NCBI GenBank assembly: GCA_012295275.1
Contig: CM022667.1
Location: 6,510,001 to 6,574,000, forward strand
Source: Chrysomallon squamiferum
Lineage: Eukaryota > Animalia > Mollusca
Reading direction: 5' to 3'
Length of the DNA: 64,000 bases
The notes beneath the pieces are model-generated. The model saw nothing but the letters and a program-made list of their open reading frames with translations, ran no database searches and was not told where the DNA came from. The position numbers and the translations under genes were made by a program. Positions 27,906-47,219 of the stretch are shown piece by piece (within the stretch, counting starts at the first letter, position 1; each line of letters starts with the position of its first letter).

Positions 27906-27987
27906 CAGCAGCAGCAGCAGCAACAGTAGTAGTAGTACTAGTAGTAATAGCAGCAGCAGCAGCAGTAGTAGTAGTACTAGTAGTAAT

Positions 27988-28019
<32 letters not shown>

Positions 28020-28120
28020 TAGTAGTAGTAGCAGCAGCAGCAGCAGTAGTAGTAGCAGCAGCAGCAGCAGCAGCAACAGTAGTAGTAGTAGTAGTAGTAG
28101 TACTTGTTTAAGACCTTTTT
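27397..28120 (-). pseudogene. Ig-family member D, pseudogene paralogue of gene A
   Basis: Exon 27397-27695 (AG/GT intact) reads GKAKTYIDCL/frameshifting deletion/CKVSGSVTIGIIYF...GYSFV*ESSTQITLTIKSFNKTVDEGAWS*NDG...TTCNKTIL. It has two in-frame stops, one replacing the F-strand Cys. A putative leader exon ends at 27764 (…NQVQQG|gt), 68 nt upstream. Confidence 0.85.
27808..28102. repeat. Compound (AGT/AGC)n trinucleotide microsatellite
   Basis: ~295 bp of agt/agc triplets with internal block duplications; reads poly-Leu on the minus strand. Confidence 0.95.
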
Positions 28121-29199
28121 CACGACTGTTGATTAACGCCCTTTCCAGTTTCCGTCGACAAATAACACTAACGAAAGGTAGATTCAGACTTAGTAGCTGA
28201 GACAAATAATTAAAAATAAATAGTTATAATAAAAAACAAAGGATCGAAGATGATAGCATATGGAAAGTCATACTAAATGTCTTTAAGAAAAACCAAAAAA
28301 GTAAAAAGAGCCAGAGTAGTATAGACGGACTATCCTTTCCTTAGGAATCGGATGCTCAAAGTAACATAGTCGTTGATTTGAGTTCGTTTGAGTATGAACT
28401 AACAAACAGTGGTGTACATAATAAGTGAGCAAGGAGATCGACGGCTCCATCCGACCACATTTTACAATAAAAAAACATTTTTTTAATTCTTTATTTTACA
28501 CTAACCTCACGAAACACTAACACTGAATTTACGATAGGCTGCTGCCAATCATACCATGCAAAGGCAAGTGAAGATGTTATCTCATTGTTGTTGTTAAAAT
28601 TGATTAGAAAAAATATTATATTGTTTTTATTTTTTATTTTTTATTTTTTTTATTTTTTAAATATAAAACCATTGAGAAAAACATTTAAAAGAAAAGAAGA
28701 AGAAGAAGAAGAAGCTACTGGGTGAGAGAGAAAGAAGATCAGTTAAGTTGCCAGTCGAGAAAAATAATCGTCAAAATGTGAGAGACTGGACGCGTATTTT
28801 CCATTCGGCAAGGACACGAGATGGAACTCTGAGAAGACTTAAAACAGGAGATGGAGGCGGTGCCCAGCCCGCTGCGGTTGGTCTGGTGGTGCAACCTCTA
28901 AAGTCTTGTGACAAAACACAGGCTGCTTCCTTTGCACACGGTTTGGATGTGGAGCCTCTGAAATAAGTGACCCTTACAGCAAACTATTGTCAGAGAATGA
29001 ACCCTGACACACATTTGGTATACCCGACAGACCCATATCTGCTTTGTGTAAGACCTATAACACCTCAAACACCTACACCTGTAACACTTTATCTCGTACG
29101 TCCTGTTCTTGGAGGTAAACACAAAACTCAAAAACTTAAGAACTGTCTTGGCTGGCTGGTGTCTGCGGAAAGGTTACTGGGCTACCGAATAGCATGCTG

Positions 29200-29521
29200 T
29201 CTTTTTGTGGCGTTTCGTTCGATTTTTTGCTTTACGTTGCGAGCTAACATCCGAGTTACGCAAGAGCTTCGGATACCCCGCCGCTAGTTGGCACATCGAA
29301 CAACACAAGATCCGTCCAGCATTCTACGTCTCACTCTTTTGCTTCACGTGGTTACCTCGTCGTGGAAGCATCTCAGTTGTGTTGTGCTCGCGTTTTGTGC
29401 AGTGTTTTGCCAAATGTCCATGGATCTTAAGAAAGTGAGTGCAAAGCACACTGCTGGGAAGAAGAAGCGGATGATGTTCATTGAATTAAAGCATGAAATC
29501 ATAGAAAAACATAAACAGTGA
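29200..29521 (+). mobile_element. Tigger/pogo 5' fragment (CENP-B-type HTH N-terminus)
   Basis: MDLKKVSAKHTAGKKKRMMFIELKHEIIEKH matches the typical Tigger transposase N-terminus (KKKRxMxSIELKxEIIEKH) and is truncated at 29521. Confidence 0.65.
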
Positions 29522-30864
29522 ACCTCTGTCCACGAAAAGATGGAGACACCCTAACCCTGTACTTTTTACAAAACCAATTTATTTATTTACATTCTCTTTT
29601 ATTTTTTTTATTATTATTTTTTTTATATATATACAATATTTGTCATTTATACGTACATTTTTCTTATTTAAAAACACGTTACAAAAAATGTTGATTTTGG
29701 GGACGGCTGAAACGAGCTCGGTCACCGACGAATTAAACTCGTAGGTCAAGATACCACTGAATTTGTGTGTAATTGATACCCGATGAATAATCACTGTCCT
29801 CTAACGCTGTTATTAAATATAAAGGTACTACTGAAAATAATGCATAAAAGTAGTAAATGCCCTTGCTAATAATCTAACCATTTTTAATAACTGTCAATTC
29901 TGCAACAATATCTGTCACAAATCGTGACGTAACAAACACTCCCAATTAAAACATTTTTGACTTCAATTTTGGATGAGATATGTATTTAAATAAAACACTG
30001 ACAACCATAGCAGTTATATGTTTCGGACTGACATTGTCATTTTTTTATACTAAGAACTGTTCTTGTATTGCCATCATTCACTTAAATCATTATTCGTCAT
30101 CCAAACTTAATGATAATGAGAAAACAACGGTATGAAGCACTGCAGTTTTTTAGAGCAAGGGGTCCTTAGGTGTAGTGTATAAGTGTGTATGTCTTTCTGT
30201 ATGGGCGTTTGTGTGATACATACTGATGCATGCATGTATGTATGTATGTATGTGTATGTCTGTATGTATATGTAAGTTGTTCGTATGTTTTCTTATTTAC
30301 ATATTCCACGTCATTAAACAGCGATATATTGCGGGAAACTACTAGAATTACTGCTTTTAATTGTTTTTAGTTTTCCTCCAACTTTTTAACCAGTCCTACA
30401 ACTTCCTTTATGTTTTGTTTCTGTACTTGTAAAATAATATATCGATCACACAAACAAGCAAGAATAAATCTGTTAAGAACGTTCCAGGGGTGATATGTCT
30501 TATTCAGTACTTAGAAAATAAATCACTAGTGATGATCTCCAAACTGCAATAGAAAATACATAAGAAATATGATTATATGAGACTCCTATAAAAAACGTTT
30601 GGTCAGATATACATAAACATGTCGTTACATTTGCTTTAAATACAAGAATAATACATATTTAAAAGAGTTTTTTTTTATTATTAAACAACAATAGCAACAA
30701 AAACAATAACTGAAGAATTTATATAAAATAATAATAATAATAATAATATATCAACAAAAGGAAATAAAAGTTTGTTCAAATATACATATAAAAGCTTGTA
30801 ACTTTTATCTTAAACAGAAGTTGCTATGAGCTGGCCGAAAGTTATAATCATTCACTTAAATATT

Positions 30865-30895
<31 letters not shown>

Positions 30896-31119
30896 AAGGC
30901 AAAAAAACACAAAAAACAACTATATCACATATAGGTGAGAGCGAGAGAGAGAGCGAGAGCGAGAGAGAGAGAGAGCGAGAGAGAGAGCGAGCTCACCAGG
31001 TAAGACACACATTAATTGTCCATACTACAGATCTTGTTCTGGTGGCAAGTGATGATATGTCTTCTGAAAAATCAGAAAAGAATAATAATCAAATACTTTA
31101 AATATATTTTTAAATACAA

Positions 31120-31191
<72 letters not shown>

Positions 31192-31225
31192 GTGTGTGTG
31201 TGTGTATATATATATTTATATATTA

Positions 31226-31317
31226 GCGATTACAAATTCCGGAATTATAATTCATTAATTTTCATATATATAAAACCATGAAAATTAATGAATTATCATT
31301 CCGGAATTTGTAATCGC
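31226..31317. repeat. Near-perfect inverted repeat (40-bp arms, 12-nt loop)
   Basis: gcgattacaaattccggaattataattcattaattttcat (31226-31265) pairs with 31278-31317 at 39 of 40 positions. Confidence 0.92.
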
Positions 31318-31691
31318 AAGTGAGATCTAGAGCTTCTAAATGTTGTGTATAATTTGTGATGTGTAGGGGAGAGAGTTAATCATGAAATACATGAGACAAC
31401 ACAGAGCTTGTCACAAAATGCCGGGTACAGCCTGGCTGCGTGCGCGCGCGTGGAGATCTGTGAAAAATAACAAAGACACGTGAACTTAAGCACGATACGG
31501 CACGTAAAGCGGAGCTCTTTACAACAAGAAAAGCTGAGCTTTATACTGCAAACGTTATCCTCGCAAGTAACAATTTTCTTAATATCAGAACAACCATTTT
31601 CTGTTTCAGTAGCCAGTTGTAAAATTAATTCATGAATTCAGTCGTGTTCAAGAAAACCGGAAAAATCCAAAACGTCAGTATAGCAGCGGTC

Positions 31692-33550
31692 CTAGACCTG
31701 CCGGTTAAAATGGCTGGTAAAATTATTACTACAGCTGTTTGAAAAATATGTCGCTGGTAAAACATCTACGAAGAAATATTAATGAAGTTTACTTAAGCTG
31801 ATCAGACTGACGCTTTATTATCTAATTTAAATAGAAAAAGGCCGCAGTATCATTTTGTTTGACAAAAAATAAATAAATAAATAAATAATAAACTAGGACT
31901 TGGGATTTTCTGAGAGTTGTGCAGGTGTTTGAGTTTATTACTACAGGTATGACAGGATGAACAGATGGGAGGGTGGATGTTTTTCAAAGTTTGATTATAA
32001 AGGTTTACGAACGTACTCCGGTATGTTACTTCGTGTTTATTGCTGTGGATGTTGCTGACGTCCAGAGAACACCACCAGTAGGTACGGTCGATGAAACGAA
32101 TGTTTTTTATCGTCATTTTGTATGTTTTAACTTGTGATTTGGCGTCGAAAGTTCCACTTCCACATTCGGCCTCATAAACGGCAAGACCAGGACGATCTAA
32201 CAAAATACATTTGTTTAGTTTCTGACTAAACGTAACAACATGAAATCCTAAAAGTCCTCTGCTAATGGATATAAACTCACGAAGTTGAACAGCATCCGTC
32301 ACTTTGCAGGAGAGCTCATATGAGTTATTGTTTTTAAAAGAGCCATCTAGGGTCACGGAATAACCTACAAGACATCAATATTTACACGTAAAGGCAACTT
32401 TTAAAACAAAAGAAATATATATTATAATAATATATAAGCGTTTCAAAATAAAATACAACTCTAGGCGCACATATAGAGACACGTTTGGAAAATAAATAAA
32501 AACTATACTGATGATGACTGAAAACATATTTTCGTTTGTTAATTATTTAGTAAGTGATTTATTTCAAATTAGTGGGTTTATCGGTTTAAAATGACATCAA
32601 TCACGGTCATCTGACTTACCACAATTTCACTGATATATATTTACAAAATAACTAAATAACTGAATAAAAAAAATCACCATTCAAACTGGTAAGTCAATAA
32701 AACTATGCTAGGTGGTATATGCGCATGGACAGATTCAGTCCCAGGGTGAATTTCTGGTGTAACGTCTGTCATTCATCTTGCCTAGCCTCTCCGCAGTATT
32801 TTGAATGTTGTAGAACTGACGCTGTTGAATATGTTGTTTCACCTCATCTTAAAATGCATGACTGTAGAACTGGCAGAATATCCAGCATGAGCCAAGCCAC
32901 CTACTCTTTCGCGTTACTGCGATCTAAGTACAGGCACTGGCGTGGCCGAATAAAGCAAAGTGAAACGTTAAACTGGCCACTACATGCAGCTAGTGATCTA
33001 TCGCTGTCCTTATGTTAACGCTAAGTCACCTTGCTCGTTTCTGCAGAACAACAAAACAAACAAACAAAAAAACAACAACATTTGGTTGCATTTTGATAGC
33101 CATCTCCAGAATAATATATAGTGATTTATGCACACATATTGCTTTGTTGTTATAATTTTTTATGTAGAAGAAATATTTTTAAAATGCACAGAACACACAG
33201 AAACAATAAATCAAACTGTACACAGTTCGCTATACACGTTCGTGAATATTTCAGACCACGATAAAAAAAATGAAAGGCTTATGATAAACCAATTCTGTAT
33301 TAATAATAATAAAATAAAGGTTTTTTAAAGAAAAAAAAATAATAAAATAATAATAATAATACAAAATACAAAATATATAATAACTTATTAGTAGGATTAG
33401 TAGTAGTAATAGTAAAAAATAAATAAACGTATTCTGTGCATACGTCCAACAGTAATAAAAAGAGCAAAATTTATATAATAATAATAATAATAATAGTAAT
33501 AATATCTTTAATTCGATTTTTATTTTTTTTTTTTTTTTTATCTTTTTTTT

Positions 33551-33621
<71 letters not shown>

Positions 33622-33839
33622 CATCAAAGGTTATAATTTATAAATGTATATACATACTAACAAATCGGCTTTCAGGCAAGAGGTGGAAGAAAGGGGATAA
33701 AAATAAAATAAAAATTAAAAAATTTAAAATGAAGTTAAGAACATAATGAATGAAAACAGGAAACAAAACAAATAATCTAACCTGAGCAAAGATCAATATA
33801 GATCAGAAGATTCCACAAAACCAAGTAAGTAGACGCCAT
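31692..33839 (-). CDS. Ig-domain protein, family member C (subtype 2), possibly secreted; terminal exon uncertain
   Basis: Signal exon 33782-33839 (MASTYLVLWNLLIYIDLCSG). Ig exon 32017-32364, 348 nt, phase 1-1 (ELSCKVTDA...AECGSGTFDAKSQVKTYKMTI...DRTYWWC), homologous to the gene B Ig exon (ECGSGT.D..SQ.K.Y..TI...WWC). Candidate last exon 31692-31765 or 31625-31734. Confidence 0.72.
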
Positions 33840-34190
33840 TTTCTTCCGAGAAGATTATTGGCCTACGTCACCTATATTATTGGCCTATTAGACATCCTGA
33901 CTGCTTAACAAAAATAAATAAATGTGTAATACAGGTTGAACCTCATTCACTCTGAGAATATGTAATTCTTATTTGTTTATTTTGCCCGTGGATCAAAATA
34001 TTCTCCTTATATTCTAATGAAAGGTCATATTTGATGGACTACGTCAGTAATGCAGATGAGAATCACAACAAAAACAATGACGTCATTTATTTGAACACAC
34101 ACCGCGGTGCGCATGGCTGATCGAGGCAGGTGGAGCAGTTCAGAACGCAGCGCAAAAAATAAAGTTACGATAAAAGAGTAAAAGTTAGGT
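33840..34190. promoter_or_regulatory. Putative bidirectional promoter between Ig gene C (-) and gigaxonin (+)
   Basis: CpG-rich stretch with a full CRE TGACGTCA (34078-34085), two TACGTCA half-sites (~33863, ~34040), two ATTGG (CCAAT) boxes (~33857, ~33879) and GCGCATG. A candidate non-coding exon donor (ag|gtatcg, ~34188) could splice to the acceptor at 35644. Confidence 0.5.
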
Positions 34191-34538
34191 ATCGCGGATT
34201 TTTGCAAAATTGCTGATGCTCTTTTTTATTATTGGTGGTGTTGTTGGATTTATTATTGTTATTATTATTAACTTCGGTTGTTCGTTGCTTTTTTTTTTTT
34301 TTTAATTATCGTTGTTGCATTTGTGACTAATATATAATAGAATAAAATATCAATATAAACAACTTTCAGGCAGACTTAGTTTACGAAAAAAATATCATGA
34401 GTGTGACTATTATTGACTGCTATAATTTTGGAGAGGGGCCACCCCACCCTCAATTCTAACTTTCAGTAAACTACTAGAATTGTATATATTCACTTGCTAT
34501 AACGATTGTCCGAAAAATGTTTGATGTCTTAAATTAAA

Positions 34539-34569
<31 letters not shown>

Positions 34570-35665
34570 TAATGTCTGCATTAACAGAAAGAAAACACAC
34601 CACAACCTACCACTATAACCATCACAATCAGCAACAACAACAACTACTACTACTTCTACTGTCTGATATGAAAATATTTATAAATGAATGATGAAATATA
34701 TTCTTTTCTTTTTTTTCAAAATATCTAAAGTATGGCGTCATTTGAAGGGTGGGGGCTCTAGTGAACATGTCTATTAAATCTTACTGATAATTTTGAGCTG
34801 ATTTTATGGTAAAATTATCAGGTGTCAGATGTTTGGGCAAGGCCGCCATTCCAGTGGTTGCCATAACCGTTATTTTCCGTATATTCGCTCCTGGCTGAAA
34901 GTATGTCTCATGATAAACAAGAGAAAACTGTTATCGCTGCAAACAGGGAGCTAAGACCAAAAGTATAATATAATTTTCCATCGAGCAAATTATATACGTC
35001 AGCTTATTGTATAGTAGTTTCACCATGCATATGAAGGACGATTTGGGTCATTTGTTTTTCTATTGTGAGAAACTGCTTAGTTTGAAATCTCTCTTTCCTG
35101 AAATATGTATTCTCTTACAATATAAAAATGTTTCAGTAGAAATTATAAATGTCATTCTTTTAATAACAGAATATCACTTTTCAGCAGGCTTCGATATCTG
35201 AATTGAAAAAAAACAAAACATGTTAATCTCGAACATTTCTTTACGTTCTCCAGTATCAGTAATTCTTAATATATTATTCAGAACAGACTTTCAGTTTTAA
35301 TTAATAAATATATATTTTTTTTAAATTTCTATCTAACAAAAAGATAATATACTTATTTTCAAATATCCTTTGGTAAACTATAAGTAATAAATATCTCTGT
35401 CCGTAGATACGCCCCTTGATTTTACGAATTATATAAAAGCCAATCGTCATTAACAAATTAACGTAATAAAAGCTAAAATAAATTAATACAACCAAAACAA
35501 TGCAAAAATAATCTGTTCAAAATTGTTAAATGTTGTGATTAAGATGCTCGAAGTTTTATTTTTTAATTTGCATCGTTATTACGTTTTATCCTTGTTTATG
35601 CGTTTATTCTTAATCGAATACTGATGGTGGTATAAATTTTTCAGAGGAAATTACAAAAGAAAATA

Positions 35666-41933
<6,268 letters not shown>

Positions 41934-44030
41934 AGACTTGCTGGACACGTTTTTAAAAAACTCTGTGTGTATATGAAAACAAATACATTTGTTTCTTGCA
42001 TAATTAATATATTTTATCTTTACAAACCAGTCTGTTAATGTTCAGAGAGCTGTTGTTCTTTGTTAGACTTTGTATGGGGAAGTTGAGCAGCCTGTACAAG
42101 TGTTTTATTACATGGTGAGTATATAAAGTGCACTTCACAGGAGTTAGCATTGTCCTGTGAAATGAAAGTTCACACTGGTTATTCATTTCATTGACTCAGA
42201 CTATATTTTATACTGTGTTATATTGAAAAAAATAATAATAATAAAAATAAACATTTATAAAAAAATGTTTTATCATTAGCTTACTAAATAAAATTAAATG
42301 TGCATGAACTATTTTAAAAAGGTATACTGCTTGTTTGACAAAATACCCAACCTACTATAACATCTGTAATCTTCAAAATCAAATAATTGCATTTTTAACC
42401 ATTAAATAGTAAAATTAAATTAAAAGTTGTATGATATCGATGCTTGTGTTGTAATCTGTAGTGTATAAAGCTGATCTTACATTCTGAAATATCTACAGCT
42501 ATGTACACAAACATCCACCACCAGATAGCCAATACTTCACATTGAAAACAGGAATTTAACAGTTTCAGCAATTTTCACTTGTTCAAAGGAGACACAAGTT
42601 GTGCAAAAATAAAATTTCATCATTTACATGTGATTAACATAGAAAACTATAAAATGAAAACAAACATAACTACAGTACTAACACAGTTTTAACAGAAGGA
42701 AGGAGATGAGATTAAGCAGAGATAAAAGATTGACATTAATCAACAATTATTTGTAGCTTGTACAAACTTATGCATGTCTTTTTGGTAATAGTTCTACAAG
42801 TACTACTGCTTCTAAAACATACATTTATGTACAGAGTGTTTCCATTCTGAACTTTTTAACTGCAAATACAGATCCCTAACTGAAGTTACAAATCCTGATG
42901 ACAGAAATGTGCAGTCAGCGTTTTGAAGGAAAGAAATTAATACTTTGTAGATGAAGATTTAAAACTGTACATCTGTGTTTTGTTCATCCTTCATTCTTTC
43001 TGCATTTTCATTCAAATGATAAAGATCATCAACCATGAATTGAACCCAGACCACCTATATCTCTTCTATTTTTTTACTTAAAATATTTTTTGAACTGAAT
43101 ATATGACATTTTACAAATATTTACTAAAAAAAAATGAATTAGATTTAACAATATTATTTTTTAATATATAGTATTAAATAATGATAGAGACTCACTTTTT
43201 TAGTAAAATGCGCAAGATTTCATTATTTTATTAACTGGTTTGAGCAGTTTTGAATATTACTGTTTTTTATATATTTGGTAATGAAAGCTCTATCCCATTC
43301 TGTTTTGAGAATAATAATTGAGGGTTTGAAAGACATTTTATCTAAAGTAAGTTTATAAAAAAAAAAAAAATTTGATCTTGATGTATCGGATAAAATCTGT
43401 AAGAAGTTCAGCACATATTTCACTGAAAATAAATGTTTATAATGAAATACATCTTCAACATCTCAGTGACCAGCATGACACTGGGTTGTACTGGCACTAT
43501 CATACATATATATAGTTCTTCCTATGTATATATCTGTTGAGCACAAATTTTAAAATTAATATTATTTATAATCAGTGTATTAAAACTTTTTTTTCAAAAT
43601 ATAACCCGAGGGATGTAAAGTCACTGTTCTAACCAGAATATTTATACTATTGTTTAACAAGGCTGAGATTTAAAGTTGTACAGATTAGATTCGCAGTAAA
43701 GTGTTTTACATTAAAGACTTGTGTGTTGTGTTTCACAAACAGATGAGGAATGATGTAGTTGTGACTGTGTGACATAAAATGAAGTGTGTTTTTTTATTTA
43801 TTTATCTTTTTATTTTTTTTTTTTTTGGATTTCATTTTTTTTTTTTTTTTTTTTTTTTTTCTTTTTCTTCTTTTTGATAATATCATCATCGTCATGACAG
43901 TTCTGTAGATGGAAAGAACATAATCTGTAAGCATGATTTTGTCACATGCTTTAAATATGTCATTGACGCAGTGCTCTTATTTATTGGAGGAATTTTCTTA
44001 TGACATTCAGAAATTACCGTTCTTCACAAC

Positions 44031-45305
44031 ATGGCGGCTAGCTGTTTGTTTCTAGTGGCTTTGCTTCTGAACACTGACATTTGCTTGGGCAGTTAATTCT
44101 TTGCAGTCCTTACTATCAGGTTCAATCTATTCGTAACTTCTCTGTACAAGAGTTAAGCGTAAATGATGTGTACTTTCTATTAAAGAACTGTGTTCAGGGG
44201 TTTGACAGTTAAAACTTTTCAATTAAAGCACTGTGAAATCATTTGAAATTATTCATTTATGAAAGAATAAATATTATTTTCTTATCTTTAGAGATTGTTT
44301 TGCAATTATTCTCGTAGCTCTTTGGCATGCTCTGTTTAAATAAATGAAATTGAAATTCATTTAAGGTCCGTGGTCAAACAAGATCTGTTAATACTTCAAA
44401 ACGACCAAGCCTTTCAACATTTTAATAATATAAAATATTGTAAAACTATCATTACACACCTATTATTTAATAATAATAGTAATAGTAGTAGTTGTTGTTA
44501 TTGTAAATTGATCATTTTTATATTTATTTCGAACTTTCGTAATCAAATTGTGTGTGAAGAGTTGGTGATTGTATTAAATTTTGATGAAGTCAAGAAATGT
44601 CCTAGAAATTTATTTATTTAAACTGACGGAATGTGTAAATTGGAATTTCTTAAAGCCTCATACTTTTCTACAATGTTTTTATACACTCTGCTTAAATAGT
44701 CATCTACATAATGAACCAACTTTTTTTCTAATATGATGAGGACGTGGTAGTGAAATAATCGACACCACCTATTCAGAATTCATGTAAAGAAGAAGAAGAA
44801 GAAATATAATAAATCCATTGTGTCTGGATGTATATTTATCTCAGTGTTGTTATATAATGAAATTATTTTAGCTGTGACTGATCACTTATGTGTCAGTGTT
44901 TGAAATAATGTGGTAAGTTACTATTAACGACTCATGCAAATAACGTATTTCACACTAGCGAGTGTTGAGTAACGTAGTGCAGTTTAAACGTAAGAGATTG
45001 TTACTATTTGCAGTTCCTTCAGTAACTATCACATCCTCTCCAACAAGTAAATGAAGTAGTATACTTACTGTACAGTGACAGATGTTGCAAATCTCGTAGA
45101 CTTTCGAAAAAAAATACCCCTGAAAACGTCTTCACTAAAACGAAAGAAACTACGAGTGAATGTGCTGAATACATCAAACCACCAGCAGGCTGTGATTTAG
45201 AACGTGGAACACAGGACAGCACTTCTCAGGTTAAGAAATGCACACTGACATTCTACAAACCCGAATACGAGGCTACTACACTTCGGTAGTGTTACCTGGG
45301 GAAAG
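44031..45305 (+). pseudogene. Ig-family member E, pseudogene paralogue of gene B
   Basis: Leader exon 44031-44088 (MAASCLFLVALLLNTDICLG, followed by gc rather than gt). Decayed Ig exon ~45014-45305 has strong nucleotide similarity to 16756-17100 (tgtacagtg.cagatg.tgcaaatctc, aaaccaccagcaggct, gtggaacacaggacag, cacactgaca.tctacaaacc, gtgttacctgg), with indels and WWC changed to R*C. Confidence 0.85.
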
Positions 45306-45734
45306 AAGGAGATTTGAATACACAGAGTTTATTGTGTTTCGTTGTTTCATTCATCACTACAGTCAACCCACTTTATAACACTGATATTGGTGTCACAATC
45401 AGTTCAGTGGTATAAGTAGTTTTACCACACGCACCACATGTCATCCACTTTTTGATCTGCTTGTCTTAAATCTTTCTGATTAATAAAATTGTTTGAAGGA
45501 ATAAAATCTTTAATTTGAATTACGCGCTTAGATTCTGAATAACACTTCTCTGTAATATTACTTTTTTCTCTCTCTTTTTTAATTAATGTGTCTGATAAAC
45601 TGAAAGCTATAAATAATATTTTGACATGTTCAGTATTAATATTATCGTCATTATAATATTAATATTTATTTAATTATTTATTTATTTATTTATTTATCTA
45701 ATTTTGGGTATTATTTATTTATTTATCTTTTTTG

Positions 45735-45765
<31 letters not shown>

Positions 45766-46058
45766 ATTTTTTTATTTTTTTGTAATTCATCTATTTAATT
45801 AATGTTATATTTTTATACGATGGATGTTTTCTTCAGTTGTACGCCATGCTGATACAAATCACAAGTTTCTCTCACCAGTTCACAGCGGTTGGTGCGCAGA
45901 CATCCTGGTTTGTCAACTGCAGAAAAGAAAACGGGCGGAAGCAATACAATGCGTTCTCTCCAGGCTTCTGGCTACACAAAGGATGTAAAAGACGTTGCGA
46001 TGCTTTGTTAGAACGAGACGGAAACCAGCGAATGCAGCGGTCCCCGGAAACTGCCGAG

Positions 46059-46065
46059 TATAAAA
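46059..46065 (+). promoter_or_regulatory. TATA box of the secreted peptide gene
   Basis: TATAAAA in a GC-richer context, ~25 nt before an Inr-like TCATC and 86 nt upstream of ATG 46145. Confidence 0.55.
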
Positions 46066-46144
46066 CGGTGGCACTGTTTATTTTCATCACAACTAGTACA
46101 CTCCTTGTTCGGTTTACGCCAAATTTCGAGGTTTAACAACAGCA

Positions 46145-46771
46145 ATGAAACTCTTCTTGGTCGTGGCTCTCTGTTTTGTTAGTGCATGCGCACAATACCG
46201 TCCGGTGTACAGGACCGGACACCTTGGTCTGCGCGACTGTCTGTATTACTTCTCTACGCCAGACATGGAAATGTTCTGTACAGCCTTCGGTAAGTGACGG
46301 GAATTACCCGGGTTCAGCGTCGTCGTGAGTTTGCTAACATTTAAAACAGAGAAACCGAGAATGATTTTAGAGAAAAGAGTAGTTTTATTGATATGAAGTC
46401 TATACTTGTTAATTTATTATTATTATTATTATTATTATTATAAATTAATGATAAACAATAACAGCAAAATATATAAATAAATAAATAACAAAAGCACTAC
46501 TGCTATTACCTACTGGTATCAACAAGAAGAACAACAGCAACAACAACAAAATAATAAAAACAACTGTTAATAATAATAAGAAGAAGAGTAACAACAACAA
46601 CAACAACAAACTAACAACAATAACTGTTAGTAGTAAGAAGAGTAACAACTAAATGAATTGCTTTCAGTTGGAAACTGCTCAGAAATGGTTCGCGCTCCTC
46701 ACCTTCCAAAGAGTCTGACGTGCGGAGGCTGCTATCTGAGCTGGCTCGGAGTCTGCCCTCACCGCGGCTAG
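46145..46771 (+). CDS. Small secreted six-cysteine peptide precursor (82 aa), family not recognised
   Basis: Exons 46145-46289 and 46668-46771 (phase 1, gtaagt/tttcag) give MKLFLVVALCFVSACA-QYRPVYRTGHLGLRDCLYYFSTPDMEMFCTAFVGNCSEMVRAPHLPKSLTCGGCYLSWLGVCPHRG*. Confidence 0.82.
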
Positions 46772-47019
46772 GAAACCTCTCTCTCAGCAGCAAGATTCCT
46801 TAACACCCCACACTGTCATCACTTTTCAGAGCTGTTCTGTCGTTGCTGCAAGTTACACCTCGATCCAGATCAAAAGTGACATTTATCTGACGTACTCCAT
46901 GTTTGTGCTGTCACAAAACATATAACCACTGATTTTGTTTATTTTTTTAAACTTTTTTGTTTTATTTATTTATTATATTTTATTTTATTTTATTTTATTT
47001 TCATAGAAATAATTGCTTA

Positions 47020-47071
<52 letters not shown>

Positions 47072-47135
47072 TATCAGTTTTAAAAATCAATCTTCTTTTG
47101 GCTTTTACTATTTTTTCTTTACTTTTCTTACATCG

Positions 47136-47219
<84 letters not shown>

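Noticed and set aside
27790-28200. Poly-Ser ORF on the + strand
   Set aside because: Translation of an AGT/AGC microsatellite, with no splice or domain support on this strand.
28748-29200. GC-richer ORFs as a host gene or LTR element
   Set aside because: No recognisable domain, paired LTR or splice structure; probably a repeat fragment but not classifiable by eye.
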